A DNA stretch of 32,327 nucleotides from Candidatus Subterrananammoxibius californiae (lineage in GTDB: Bacteria; Planctomycetota; Brocadiia; Brocadiales; Subterrananammoxibiaceae). The DNA lies in contig JAURAC010000012.1 of assembly GCA_030586555.1 (NCBI GenBank), forward strand, positions 1 through 32,327. Direction: 5' to 3'. Positions 17,128 through 26,157 of the stretch are shown here, in pieces. Under the pieces are notes generated by a model. It saw only the letters and a list, made by a program, of their open reading frames with translations, was not told where the DNA came from and made no database searches. Both the position numbers and the translations under genes were made by a program. The stretch's first letter is position 1, and every line of letters begins with the position of its first letter.

Positions 17128-18582
17128 ATGACCTTAAGAATATATAACACATTAACAAGGCGAAAGGATGAGTTTGTCCCGCTTCACAACAAGAACGTTG
17201 GTATCTATGTTTGCGGTCCAACCGTTTATGACCATGCCCATCTGGGACATGCCAAGAGTTATGTGAGCTTTGACGTGGTGGTGCGATATTTGAGATACCT
17301 GGATTATAAGGTACGCTACGTACAAAACATAACAGATGTGGGCCATTTGACCGATAATGCGGACCAGGGCGAGGATAAAATCCTTAAACGTGCCCAAATG
17401 GAGCGGGTAGAGCCTATGGAGCTTGTCGAGAAATACGTGCGCAGCTATTTTGAAGATATGGATGCCATGGGTGTAATACGTCCCGACATATCTCCCCGTG
17501 CAACAGGGCATATCCCTGAACAAATAGAATTGGTTAAGACGCTCGTTGAAAAAGGATATGCATACGAAGTGGCTGGCTCAGTGTACTTTGATGTCCATAA
17601 ATTTGAGGGCTATGGAAAGCTTTCTGGTCGTAAACTTGAAGAGCTTGAGGCAGGGGCAAGAATAGAGGTTAATCCAGAGAAACGTCATCCCGCGGACTTT
17701 GCCCTTTGGAAGCATGCACTACCTGGACACCTGATGCGATGGAAAAGCCTATGGGGTGAAGGGTTTCCTGGATGGCATCTTGAATGCTCTGCCATGTCTA
17801 TGAGATACCTCGGCGAGACGCTTGATATACATGGCGGTGGATTGGACAACGTCTTTCCGCATCATGAGTGCGAGGTAGCCCAGAGTGAGGCTGCCAATGG
17901 CAAGCAATTTGTCCGTCATTGGATGCACAACAACATGGTTACCGTCAATGGTCAGAAGATGTCAAAATCGCTCGGAAATTTTGTAACCTTGAAGGATGCC
18001 TTCAAGAAATATTCGCCACTTACGATACGGTTCTTTATACTTAGCACACGCTACAATAGCCCTCTTGACTACAGCGATGATGCACTGGGAGCAGCCAATA
18101 AAGGTATTGAGCGTTTGCACAATACCGTGCTTAATGTGCTGGAAAAACTTAAAGATGCACCTTCAGGTGAAGCCGATATTTTTAAGGAAAAGATTGATGA
18201 ATATAAGGCGTTATTTTTAGAAGCGATGGACGATGACTTTAATACACCGGGCGCGATTGCAGCCCTCTTTGATTTTTCCAGGGAGGTAAATACCCTTCTA
18301 AGTGCTGGACAGAGGGTAAGCCGTGAGACATTAGAAGATATTAATTCATTCTATAGCCAGTTTGGAGGCGAAATCCTCGGCATTGTACCCGAATCCTTTG
18401 ACTTTAAGATGGCTGGACGAAGCGATATTGAGGATGCCCTTATTAGCCTTCTATCAGAGACACGAAACAAACTCCGAGCCGCAAAGCACTGGCAACTTTC
18501 GGATGATATAAGAAGCGAACTAACAAAACTTGGAATTATCTTGGAGGACAAACCCGAGGGTACAACTTGGAAGAAAGGCTAA
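17128..18582 (+). CDS. cysS: Cysteinyl-tRNA synthetase
   Basis: YVCGPTVY..AHLGH, PGWHLECSAM, DIHGGG, FPHHE, KMSKS. Confidence 0.97.
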   Translation: MTLRIYNTLTRRKDEFVPLHNKNVGIYVCGPTVYDHAHLGHAKSYVSFDVVVRYLRYLDYKVRYVQNITDVGHLTDNADQGEDKILKRAQMERVEPMELVEKYVRSYFEDMDAMGVIRPDISPRATGHIPEQIELVKTLVEKGYAYEVAGSVYFDVHKFEGYGKLSGRKLEELEAGARIEVNPEKRHPADFALWKHALPGHLMRWKSLWGEGFPGWHLECSAMSMRYLGETLDIHGGGLDNVFPHHECEVAQSEAANGKQFVRHWMHNNMVTVNGQKMSKSLGNFVTLKDAFKKYSPLTIRFFILSTRYNSPLDYSDDALGAANKGIERLHNTVLNVLEKLKDAPSGEADIFKEKIDEYKALFLEAMDDDFNTPGAIAALFDFSREVNTLLSAGQRVSRETLEDINSFYSQFGGEILGIVPESFDFKMAGRSDIEDALISLLSETRNKLRAAKHWQLSDDIRSELTKLGIILEDKPEGTTWKKG

Positions 18583-18652
18583 AAGGTTAAAAGGCAAAAA
18601 GGTTAAAAGGTTTTTTACCTCTTAGCCTCTTAGCCTTTTAGCCTCTTTACCT
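18574..18652. repeat. Octamer fold-back array between convergent genes (probable bidirectional terminator-like hairpin)
   Basis: aaaggcta aaaggtta aaaggcaa aaaggtta ... ttacctct tagcctct tagccttt tagcctct. Confidence 0.8.
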
Positions 18653-19382
18653 ACCTCCCCAACTTTAGTCGTTCGGCGTTCATTATGGGTAAACCCGAAA
18701 GGCGTATCTTTCTTGCTGCACTTTCGATGTCATAATCAAGCCTTCTAACCCTGATTGTTTTATTCTCTACATCATAAATTACGTACGTAGCCTTTGGGTT
18801 GTGGTCACGTGGTTGTCCCACGCTTCCTACATTAACCAGGAATTTATCGGCATTTTGCAAGGTAATCCTTCGGTCGGTGGAGTAACGAAGCAATTCCCCG
18901 CAAAAGAACGTCACCGGTATGTGTGAATGGCCCATGAAACACAGGTGTCCACCTGAGGCGGACATGGCTTTAAAGCAAAGTTCTGCATCGTGATAACTCA
19001 GGATGTAACCGAAGAGTTCCGGGTAATGTAATGTACCGTGAACAAGGGTAAATCCCTCTTCTTCTATTATAATGGGAAGGTTTGCAAGGTATTCGAGGTC
19101 TTCGGCGGAAAGATGTTCACGTGTCCATATCACCCCTTCGCGTGCATCGTCATTAAAACATTCTAAACCAAGCTTCCCGGCGACGGCGTAATCGTGATTG
19201 CCGGCAACTGATATGCAATTCAATCGTCTAACCGTTTCGATACACTTAGAGGGTTCAGCCCCATAACCGACTATATCCCCTACGCATAATAGCCTATCTA
19301 TTTTTTCCTTCTCTATGTCGGAAATCACAGCCTCAAGTGCATCATAATTTCCATGTATATCTCCTAAGATTCCATATCTCAA
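18651..19382 (-). CDS. Calcineurin-like metallophosphoesterase
   Basis: DIHGN, GDIVGYG, GNHD, VHG, GHSH, NVGSVGQPRD; TTG start with AAGGAG SD. Confidence 0.92.
   Translation of the reverse strand: MRYGILGDIHGNYDALEAVISDIEKEKIDRLLCVGDIVGYGAEPSKCIETVRRLNCISVAGNHDYAVAGKLGLECFNDDAREGVIWTREHLSAEDLEYLANLPIIIEEEGFTLVHGTLHYPELFGYILSYHDAELCFKAMSASGGHLCFMGHSHIPVTFFCGELLRYSTDRRITLQNADKFLVNVGSVGQPRDHNPKATYVIYDVENKTIRVRRLDYDIESAARKIRLSGLPIMNAERLKLGR
18946..18964. repeat. TCCGCCTnAGGCGGA-family mini-palindrome, in-frame in the phosphoesterase
   Basis: TGTCCACCTGAGGCGGACA, read as MSASGGH. Confidence 0.65.
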
Positions 19383-19428
19383 GCCTTATTATCTCCTTCT
19401 TAGTCCACTAAAGATTCCCCCTTACTAT

Positions 19429-19457
19429 TTTATATTTAATATAACAATATTTGTCAA
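19429..19457 (-). promoter_or_regulatory. Putative sigma70 promoter of the phosphoesterase
   Basis: Minus strand TTGACA-17 bp-TATAAA. Confidence 0.5.
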
Positions 19458-19492
19458 GGCTAATTATAATCTTAAAAATAGATATTGACAAT

Positions 19493-19681
19493 GTCATTGC
19501 GAGCGAAGCGAAGTAGAGACGCAAGATTTTGCGTCTCTACATTATTTTGTGACGAGCCCCGTACCGAAATGGTACGGGACGAGATTGCCACGTACTCTTC
19601 ACGACATCACACCATGTCGGTACGACGTGGTGTCGTCATGACGTGTTGGGTGCTCGCAATGTCCTGAACTTGTTTTCAGGA
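19493..19681. repeat. Nested cluster of several palindromic element families
   Basis: Outer GTCATTGCGAGCGAAGCGAA...GAGATTGCCACG...CTCGCAATG. Inner: REP 19513-19540, CCCGTACCGAAATGGTACGGG 19558-19578, interrupted CACGACA/GTCATGAC element 19598-19646, TCCTGAACTTGTTTTCAGGA 19662-19681. Confidence 0.85.
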
Positions 19682-19752
19682 TAACGAGTTACACTTTCAA
19701 TGCCTATTTTTGGGTTGCACAATTTTTTCGACACTACCACCTCTACTATTAT

Positions 19753-19781
19753 TTGACTTTTATGTTTTATTGTGTTATAAT
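19753..19781 (+). promoter_or_regulatory. sigma70 promoter (extended -10) of dnaG-rpoD
   Basis: TTGACT-17 bp-TATAAT, with TGn immediately before the -10 box. Confidence 0.7.
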
Positions 19782-19839
19782 TAACTTTTAAGGGAATACA
19801 AAATAAATGCGTATTAGTCTACGAGCATAAAATAACTTA

Positions 19840-21633
19840 ATGCGGAAATTTATCCCTCAAGAACAAGTACAAGAGATTCAACGCGTTACAGACATTGTCC
19901 CTGTTATTTCTGAATACGTACACCTAAAACACTCTGGGAAGAATTTTATAGGTCTTTGTCCTTTTCACACCGAGAAAACGCCTTCCTTTACCGTCAACCC
20001 TGAAAGACAGTTTTTTAAATGCTATGGTTGTGGGAGTGGGGGTAATGTTTTTACCTTTATAATGAAGCAGGAGGGTGTAGAGTTTACCGATGCGGTCAGG
20101 TTGCTTGCGGAACGGGCAAATATAACAATTGTGGAAAGCGGGGGGCGGGGTGCGGAATGTGAGGCAAAGACTCGTCTCTACGAGGCTAACGAATTTGCCG
20201 CAAGGTTTTTTCATGAATTTTTGATGGGGTCAAGCGCTGGAAAACATGTGCACGATTATCTTTTTAGAAGAAAGATAAGTGTCCAATCTATTAATAGATT
20301 TAAGTTAGGTTATTCCCCTGATAGCTGGGATTCATTACTCAGGGCGGCAAATAAAGAGGGTTTTTCAGGGGAGACCCTTGAAAAGGCAGGGTTGGTTTTG
20401 CTGAGGGATAGCAAGCAGGGGTATTATGATAGATTTCGCAACAGGTTAATGTTCCCGATTGTTGATGTGAGGCAGAAGGTTATAGGATTTGGGGCAAGGG
20501 CGCTTGATGACTCTATGCCTAAGTACATTAATTCAGCAGAAACACCGCTCTTTAGTAAAAGCAGGACACTTTATGGTATCCACCTTGCAAAAGGTCCCAT
20601 ACTTAAACAGCGCAAGGCTATGCTTATGGAGGGCTATACGGATGTAATAATGGCACATCAGCATGGAATTGACTGGGCGATTGCTATTATGGGGACCTCT
20701 CTAACCCGCGAGCATATCAAAATTTTGCGTCAGTATTGCGATGGTGTAGTCCTTGTTCTCGACGGGGATACGGCTGGGTTAAATTCTTCGGATAGAAACC
20801 TTGATATATTTGTTGAGGAGGACTTAGATGCAAGCGTAGTCCAACTGCCAGAAGGGCGAGACCCCTGTGACTTTCTTATTGAAGAAGGTGCGCATAAATT
20901 CATGGATTATGTTCAGAAGGAGCATGATTTCTTCGGATTTAAGATGCGAGTTGCAGCTCAGAAGTGGAATCTCAATACCATTTCTGGAAAGACAGCGGCA
21001 ATTGATAATGTGTTATCCACGGCAATGAAGATGCCAGATATTATAAAACGTAATTTAACTATTAAAAGGATTGCGGAGGAAATGGAGATAGATGAAAGGG
21101 ACCTTCGGAAACATCTCAGGAGTCAGGAGTCAGGAGTCAGGAGTCGGGTGTCAGGACTCAGGACTCAAGACTCAGGACTCAGGACTCCAATGAAGCCGGA
21201 TGCTTCACTTCTTGCACAGAAAGAGATATTGGGTATAGTACTCCTCCATAATGAGACAATTCCAAAGGTGTTGTCAGAGGTTGGGCTTGAAGCGTTCGGT
21301 GATGAAAGGTTGTACAGGATAGCAGAAAAGGTGTTCAACATTTATAGTGAGCGCGGTTTTGTAAACGAAAAAGACCTTATGTCAGTTTTGACCGATGGAG
21401 AGTCAAGCCAATTACTTGTGGATGTAATAAGTAGAGAACTCAAGGATACTGGAGATTACAAGTTGCGCCTGGATGGGTATATTATGTTCTTAAAGAAATG
21501 TGCAGGAAAAGAGGAACTAAGGCAGACAAAACGGAGGATGTTACAGAGGAGTCAGTTATCTGATGTACATTCGGAAAATACATTGCTTAGGGAAATTCAC
21601 GAAATGGAAAAGTTAATTCGTTCAAACAGTTAA
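19840..21633 (+). CDS. dnaG: DNA primase
   Basis: CPFH.EKTPSF...CYGC zinc finger, YDRFRNRLMFPI, KYINS.ET, MEGYTD, LDGDTAG, DP.D. Confidence 0.97.
   Translation: MRKFIPQEQVQEIQRVTDIVPVISEYVHLKHSGKNFIGLCPFHTEKTPSFTVNPERQFFKCYGCGSGGNVFTFIMKQEGVEFTDAVRLLAERANITIVESGGRGAECEAKTRLYEANEFAARFFHEFLMGSSAGKHVHDYLFRRKISVQSINRFKLGYSPDSWDSLLRAANKEGFSGETLEKAGLVLLRDSKQGYYDRFRNRLMFPIVDVRQKVIGFGARALDDSMPKYINSAETPLFSKSRTLYGIHLAKGPILKQRKAMLMEGYTDVIMAHQHGIDWAIAIMGTSLTREHIKILRQYCDGVVLVLDGDTAGLNSSDRNLDIFVEEDLDASVVQLPEGRDPCDFLIEEGAHKFMDYVQKEHDFFGFKMRVAAQKWNLNTISGKTAAIDNVLSTAMKMPDIIKRNLTIKRIAEEMEIDERDLRKHLRSQESGVRSRVSGLRTQDSGLRTPMKPDASLLAQKEILGIVLLHNETIPKVLSEVGLEAFGDERLYRIAEKVFNIYSERGFVNEKDLMSVLTDGESSQLLVDVISRELKDTGDYKLRLDGYIMFLKKCAGKEELRQTKRRMLQRSQLSDVHSENTLLREIHEMEKLIRSNS
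21115..21189. repeat. GAGTC/GACTC heptamer fold-back array, in-frame in the dnaG linker
   Basis: ctcagga gtcagga gtcagga gtcagga gtcgggt gtcagga ctcagga ctcaaga ctcagga ctcagga ctcca = LRSQESGVRSRVSGLRTQDSGLRTP. Confidence 0.9.
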
Positions 21634-21669
21634 GTAACCTATAAAATACGATTACGGAGGTTTCCTTTA

Positions 21670-23328
21670 ATGGATAGGATGGGCCAGAGGATTAAATTAC
21701 TTATACAAAAAGGCAAAGAAAAGGGGTTCCTTACCTATGAGGAACTCAACGACATATTGCCAGATGATGCGGTCGTTCCACCAGAAAAGATTGACGATAT
21801 CTTGATGATGTTGGACGAAGAGGGTATCGAGCTTATAGATGAGGCAGATGTGGAAAGCCGCGACATTACGGAGGCTGAAGAGGGTGAAGAAGAGGCACTT
21901 GTTGAGGGCGAGGAAGAAATAGGAGAGGAAATTGCTGTTGCCGAGAAAATAGATGACCCTGTCCGCATGTACCTTACCCAGATGGGCGAAATTCCTTTGC
22001 TTTCTCGTGAAGACGAGATAATGCTGGCAAAAAAGATAGAGATTACAAGAAAGCGTCTATTCAAAAAGGTGCTTGAGTCCGACCTCGCCTTAAACATTTG
22101 CTTGAAGCTTTTGGAGAACATCAATGAAGCAGAACAATCAATTGATAACTCGCTAAAGATGCATCCTGGTGATAATAATGAAGAAAATACCGTTATTCTC
22201 CAGAAAGTTCCTGAATATGCAAAGATTTTAAAGAAAATATTACAGAAAGACCATGATGATTATATACGCCTGAGGCGAAAACGTACCCCTGAGAAAGAAA
22301 GGGTAAGGCTCCTAAGGGCTATAAGGAATCGGAGGCAGAAGGGAGCAGCTTTATTAAGAGAGTTGAATATCAGGCCTAAAAAGATCCAGCCTATAATGAA
22401 AAGATTTCAGGAGATTTCCACCGAGATGGAGGTGCTCGAAAAGAAGATTGCAAAGATGAAGGGCAAGGTTAGCTCAAATGGCCGTCTGAAAGAACTTGAA
22501 ACACGCATCTTTGAGCTTGAGAACTCGGTTCTGGAATCCCCCGAAACTCTAAGACGGCGTATCGAATCGATTGAAAGAGTTCATAGGGAACATGAATCTG
22601 CAAAACGAAAACTCTCCGGCGCAAACCTTCGATTGGTTGTCAGCATTGCAAAGAAATATAGAAACCGAGGGTTGAGTTTTCTCGATTTGATTCAGGAAGG
22701 TAATACTGGGCTCATGAGGGCGGTGGATAAATATGAATACCGAAGAGGATACAAGTTCAGCACCTACGCCACCTGGTGGATAAGGCAGGCAATAACACGT
22801 TCCATAGCCGACCAGGCAAGAACCATCAGGATACCTGTGCACATGATAGAAACGATGAGCAAGATAAGGAATGTTTCGAAAAAGCTTGTTCAGGAAAAAG
22901 GCAGGGAACCTACTATTGAAGAGATTGCCAAAGAGGTAAAGATTTCAGTCACGGAGGCTCGAAGGGTGCTTAAGATTTCACGCTATCAAATCTCCCTCGA
23001 TAGACCTGTAGGAGAAAGCGAAGACAGTTCTTTCGGTGATTTCGTAGAGGATGAGAAGGCTGAATCTCCAGTTTCTGCAGCAACGCAGGAGATGCTTAAA
23101 GAAAAAATCGAAAGCGTTCTTGACACGCTTACCTATCGTGAACGAGAAATCATCAAGCTCCGTTACGGAATAGGGGATGGCTATACTTATACTCTTGAAG
23201 AGGTTGGTAAGCTCTTTAAGGTAACAAGGGAAAGGGTCAGACAAATTGAAGCCAAGGCTGTTCGCAAATTGCAACATCCTGTAAGAAGCAGAAAATTGGA
23301 GGGTTTCCTCGATAGTGTCGGTAATTAA
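21670..23328 (+). CDS. rpoD: Primary sigma factor RpoD
   Basis: Region 1.1, [48 protein letters not shown]...TRERVRQIE. Confidence 0.97.
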   Translation: MDRMGQRIKLLIQKGKEKGFLTYEELNDILPDDAVVPPEKIDDILMMLDEEGIELIDEADVESRDITEAEEGEEEALVEGEEEIGEEIAVAEKIDDPVRMYLTQMGEIPLLSREDEIMLAKKIEITRKRLFKKVLESDLALNICLKLLENINEAEQSIDNSLKMHPGDNNEENTVILQKVPEYAKILKKILQKDHDDYIRLRRKRTPEKERVRLLRAIRNRRQKGAALLRELNIRPKKIQPIMKRFQEISTEMEVLEKKIAKMKGKVSSNGRLKELETRIFELENSVLESPETLRRRIESIERVHREHESAKRKLSGANLRLVVSIAKKYRNRGLSFLDLIQEGNTGLMRAVDKYEYRRGYKFSTYATWWIRQAITRSIADQARTIRIPVHMIETMSKIRNVSKKLVQEKGREPTIEEIAKEVKISVTEARRVLKISRYQISLDRPVGESEDSSFGDFVEDEKAESPVSAATQEMLKEKIESVLDTLTYREREIIKLRYGIGDGYTYTLEEVGKLFKVTRERVRQIEAKAVRKLQHPVRSRKLEGFLDSVGN

Positions 23329-23367
23329 TATCTGTAAAATACCTTATTTGCATGACAAGAAAAGGAT

Positions 23368-24081
23368 ATGAGCGAAAGAATAGAGGTCTTAAGGCGACTT
23401 CAATCCATTAACAACAAGATACGCCAGTTGAGGAAAGACAAGGAATACAGGCGTATGGATGTGCAAGAGAAGCAGCGCCAGATACAATATAAAAAGGCAG
23501 CCCTAACAGAGAAACAAAAAGAAATAAAATCCTTTCAGAAAACAATTGACATTAAAGAACTGGACTTAAAGACTAAAGAAGCTGAAATACAGAAATTTCG
23601 TGTGCAACTTAACATTATCAAGACAAATAAGGAATACAACGCCCTTCTTTCCGAAATCAAAGGTCGCGAGGCCGATAAGTCTATTTTAGAAGATGAAATT
23701 TTGAAGAGGCTCTCTGAATCAGAGTTGATGGATGGCGAAGCCAGGAAACTGGCAAAAGAAATTGACGATGAAGAGAAACAACTGAATGAGTATCTTCAAA
23801 CAATGGAAACCGAAATTACCAGTTTTGATAAAGAAATAGAAACGCTTCAAAATGACGAAAAAGAGTTTTTTGCATTACTTGATGAGGATGCACTCTACCA
23901 CTATAGGAGGTTAGTTAGTCATAAGGATGGTATTGCAGTGGCAGGGGTTTCAAACCACGCCTGCAAGGGTTGTAATATGGGCTTAACCTCGCAGACTATC
24001 AATCTGCTAATGGGCGGGGACAAACTCGTATTCTGCCATAATTGTGGACGTATTCTCTACCTTAACGAAAACGAGGAATAG
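23368..24081 (+). CDS. Coiled-coil C4 zinc-ribbon protein (CT398/FlgZ-like)
   Basis: Long coiled coil, KTNKEY, CKGC...CHNCGRIL; typical position between rpoD and rnpB. Confidence 0.88.
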   Translation: MSERIEVLRRLQSINNKIRQLRKDKEYRRMDVQEKQRQIQYKKAALTEKQKEIKSFQKTIDIKELDLKTKEAEIQKFRVQLNIIKTNKEYNALLSEIKGREADKSILEDEILKRLSESELMDGEARKLAKEIDDEEKQLNEYLQTMETEITSFDKEIETLQNDEKEFFALLDEDALYHYRRLVSHKDGIAVAGVSNHACKGCNMGLTSQTINLLMGGDKLVFCHNCGRILYLNENEE

Positions 24082-24139
24082 GGAATAGGAAAGAAGAAAG
24101 AAGAAAGAAGAAAAAACTCTTGGCTATTCCCTTCTATTC
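24074..24139. repeat. Heptamer array between the Zn-ribbon gene and rnpB
   Basis: ggaatag ggaatag gaaagaa gaaagaa gaaagaa ... ctattcc cttctattc. Confidence 0.65.
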
Positions 24140-24574
24140 AGAAGTAAACGAGGTGGCTGCTCCACATTTCGAATGCGGAGTTCGGAATGCGGGATGCGGA
24201 AAAGATGTTTTTCCATTCCGCAATCTGCAATCCACATTCCGCATTCAATAAGTGGGGAGGAAAGTCCGAGCTCTACAGGACAGGGTGGTCCCTAACGGGG
24301 ACTGGAAGTGATTCCAAGGAAAGTGCCACAGAAAACATACCGCCGATGGTAGCCGAAAGGCTGTCAGGCAAGGGTGAAAAGGTGGGGTAAGAGCCCACCG
24401 CAGCGCTGGCGACAGGGCTGGCATGGTAAACCCCACCCGGAGAAAGGCTAAATAGGGAGGGATGAAGTGGTCCGCTTCGCTATTACCTTCGGGTAAGCCG
24501 TTAGAGGCGTCTGGCAACAGGCGTCCCAGATTAATGGTCACCAACTACAAAACTCGGCTTATTGTTTACTTCTG
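24139..24574 (+). ncRNA. rnpB: RNase P RNA (type A) with expanded P3
   Basis: P1 CAGAAGTAAAC/GTTTACTTCTG; universal GAGGAAAGTCCG, AGTGCCACAGAAA, GGTAAACCCC, AAAACTCGGCTTAT. Confidence 0.95.
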
Positions 24575-24578
24575 AAAG

Positions 24579-24608
24579 ATGCCCTGCTAAAAAGCAGGGC
24601 ATTTTTAT
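24579..24608 (+). terminator. Intrinsic terminator after rnpB
   Basis: ATGCCCTGCT-AAAA-AGCAGGGCAT followed by TTTTAT. Confidence 0.75.
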
Positions 24609-24616
24609 GTGAACTA

Positions 24617-25171
24617 ATGAATCGAAACACCGCCCTTGAACTCCTGAAATCGCACATAAAGACCGACACAATGATAAAACACTCCTTGGCAACTGAAGCA
24701 GTAATGCAGGAGCTTGCAAGCGTGCTGGGCAGGGACGTTGAATCGTGGGGTTTGACAGGATTACTCCACGACCTCGATTTTGAATTAACCATGGATGAAC
24801 CTTCAAAGCACGCCCTTTACACTGCTGAAATACTTGAAAAACACGGAATAAAAGGTGAAATAATTCAAGCCATTAAGGCGCATAACGGTGAGCACCTCGG
24901 TATCGTTAGGAGTTCCGAACTCGATTTTGCCCTCGCCTGCGCAGAGACGATTACCGGACTTATCGTCGCTACAGCGCTCGTTTACCCGGACAAAAAGCTT
25001 TCCAGCGTAAAACAAAGCTCAGTATTAAAAAGGTTCAAAGAAAAAGCCTTTGCAAGAAGTGTGGACAGGGAAATAATTGCCGAATGTAAAAACCTCGGTT
25101 TAACACTCGAAAGGTTCGTGGAAATTGGCTTAAAGGCAATGCAGGGGATTAGTGGGGAGCTTGGGCTTTGA
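24617..25171 (+). CDS. HD/HDIG-domain phosphohydrolase
   Basis: IKHSL, GLLHDLD, KH, AHN, AETITGL, FARSVDR. Confidence 0.88.
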   Translation: MNRNTALELLKSHIKTDTMIKHSLATEAVMQELASVLGRDVESWGLTGLLHDLDFELTMDEPSKHALYTAEILEKHGIKGEIIQAIKAHNGEHLGIVRSSELDFALACAETITGLIVATALVYPDKKLSSVKQSSVLKRFKEKAFARSVDREIIAECKNLGLTLERFVEIGLKAMQGISGELGL

Positions 25172-25183
25172 TAAACAAGACTG

Positions 25184-25237
25184 GTAGCCGCAACCTTTAG
25201 GTTGCGTTATTTTGCGCAGGCTAAAGCCTGCGGCTAC
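25184..25237. repeat. GTAG-type REP doublet (REPIN-like) between convergent genes
   Basis: GTAGCCGCAACCTTTAGGTTGCG ... CGCAGGCTAAAGCCTGCGGCTAC. Confidence 0.85.
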
Positions 25238-25243
25238 GTTGCT

Positions 25244-25918
25244 TTACTCATCGCTCATCGCTGTTTGATATTCTTCCTGAGTATTGAGATTTACAAGCGC
25301 ATTATAGACGTTTTCTATGTGCTTAACTTCTTCTGACGTAACTACCCGTACCTTAACCCTGGAGAGGAAATCAGTTAGTTGGAGCGCATCATTGTCAAGT
25401 TGCTTGCGAATAGGTTCAATGCAATTCTTTGAATAAAAGGCATGTAGCGGTTCAAGTCCCCTTTCACTCTGTGGAACAACAACGTCGTAGTCCTGAGCAT
25501 GTCGAGCAACTATCTTCTTCAGAAACTCAATTAGTTCTACATTAATAAAAGGCATATCGCAGGCTATCACAAATGAAAAGAAACTCGAAGCCTTTATTAA
25601 CCCAGAGTAAATCCCTCCCAAAGGTCCCTTGTCAGGAACAATATCGGTAACAACAGGCAGGTTCAAATGGCTATAGATTTCTGGCGTTCTTGCTGAAATA
25701 ATTACTTCTTTGAAGACCCTTTGTAGTCTTTCAATTTGAGACTCGATAAGGGTTTTACTACCAATCCGCAGGAACGCCTTATTGCGTCCCCCCATGCGCA
25801 CATTTTTTCCACCAGCAAGAATAATTGCAGTCATTGAATCATAATATGTACCCCCCACCCTCCCCTCCCCCTCAAGGGGGGAGGGATGGGGTGGGGGTGA
25901 TGTTATATGCTTTTCCAT
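25244..25918 (-). CDS. mobA: Molybdenum cofactor guanylyltransferase (start 25918 or 25834)
   Basis: IILAGG.N.RMG..KA, KGPLGGI, ACDMPF, EPLHAFY, NLNT. Confidence 0.9.
   Translation of the reverse strand: MEKHITSPPPHPSPLEGEGRVGGTYYDSMTAIILAGGKNVRMGGRNKAFLRIGSKTLIESQIERLQRVFKEVIISARTPEIYSHLNLPVVTDIVPDKGPLGGIYSGLIKASSFFSFVIACDMPFINVELIEFLKKIVARHAQDYDVVVPQSERGLEPLHAFYSKNCIEPIRKQLDNDALQLTDFLSRVKVRVVTSEEVKHIENVYNALVNLNTQEEYQTAMSDE
25850..25899. repeat. C-rich/G-rich hairpin element (CCCCCCACCCT.CCCTCCCCC...GGGGAGG) at the mobA 5' end
   Basis: Long C/G palindrome, read as SPPPHPSPLEGEGRVGG if ATG 25918 is used; sister copy at 28098-28146. Confidence 0.8.
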
Positions 25919-25924
25919 GCCCTA

Positions 25925-25953
25925 ATTATATTCCCCATCAAGAATCAGGGCAA
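25925..25953 (-). promoter_or_regulatory. Putative promoter of a leaderless mobA
   Basis: Minus strand TTGCCC-17 bp-TATAAT, 6 nt before ATG 25918. Confidence 0.5.
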
Positions 25954-26074
25954 GTGGATTTTCTATAGAGAAGCCAGCGATTATTGGTTTCTACAGATGT
26001 ATGAGAATCAGCGGACTTAAAGTACATCAGGCATCACTTCCATTTACATTTTTCTTTGAACATCATAATTTTGT

Positions 26075-26103
26075 TTGAAACATACTTTATAAGATGATAT
26101 TAT
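26075..26103 (+). promoter_or_regulatory. Putative sigma70 promoter of the sulfur operon
   Basis: TTGAAA-17 bp-TATTAT, with TGn immediately before the -10 box. Confidence 0.55.
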
Positions 26104-26157
26104 TTATATATTAGGTGATAGGGGATAGGTTATAGGTTATTGGTTAGAGGAGTTTAT

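Noticed and set aside
19485..19667. 60-aa ORF in the intergenic region
   Set aside because: Consists entirely of nested palindromic repeats; no SD or protein features.
21115..21189. CRISPR array in the tandem-repeat regions
   Set aside because: Units are 7-8 nt without unique spacers; no cas genes.
24187..24544. ORFs 24187-24390 (+) and 24245-24544 (-)
   Set aside because: Shadows of the RNase P RNA gene.
25920..26157. SAM or Moco riboswitch upstream of the sulfur operon or mobA
   Set aside because: No recognisable conserved aptamer core; the region is explained by divergent promoters and a heptamer run.
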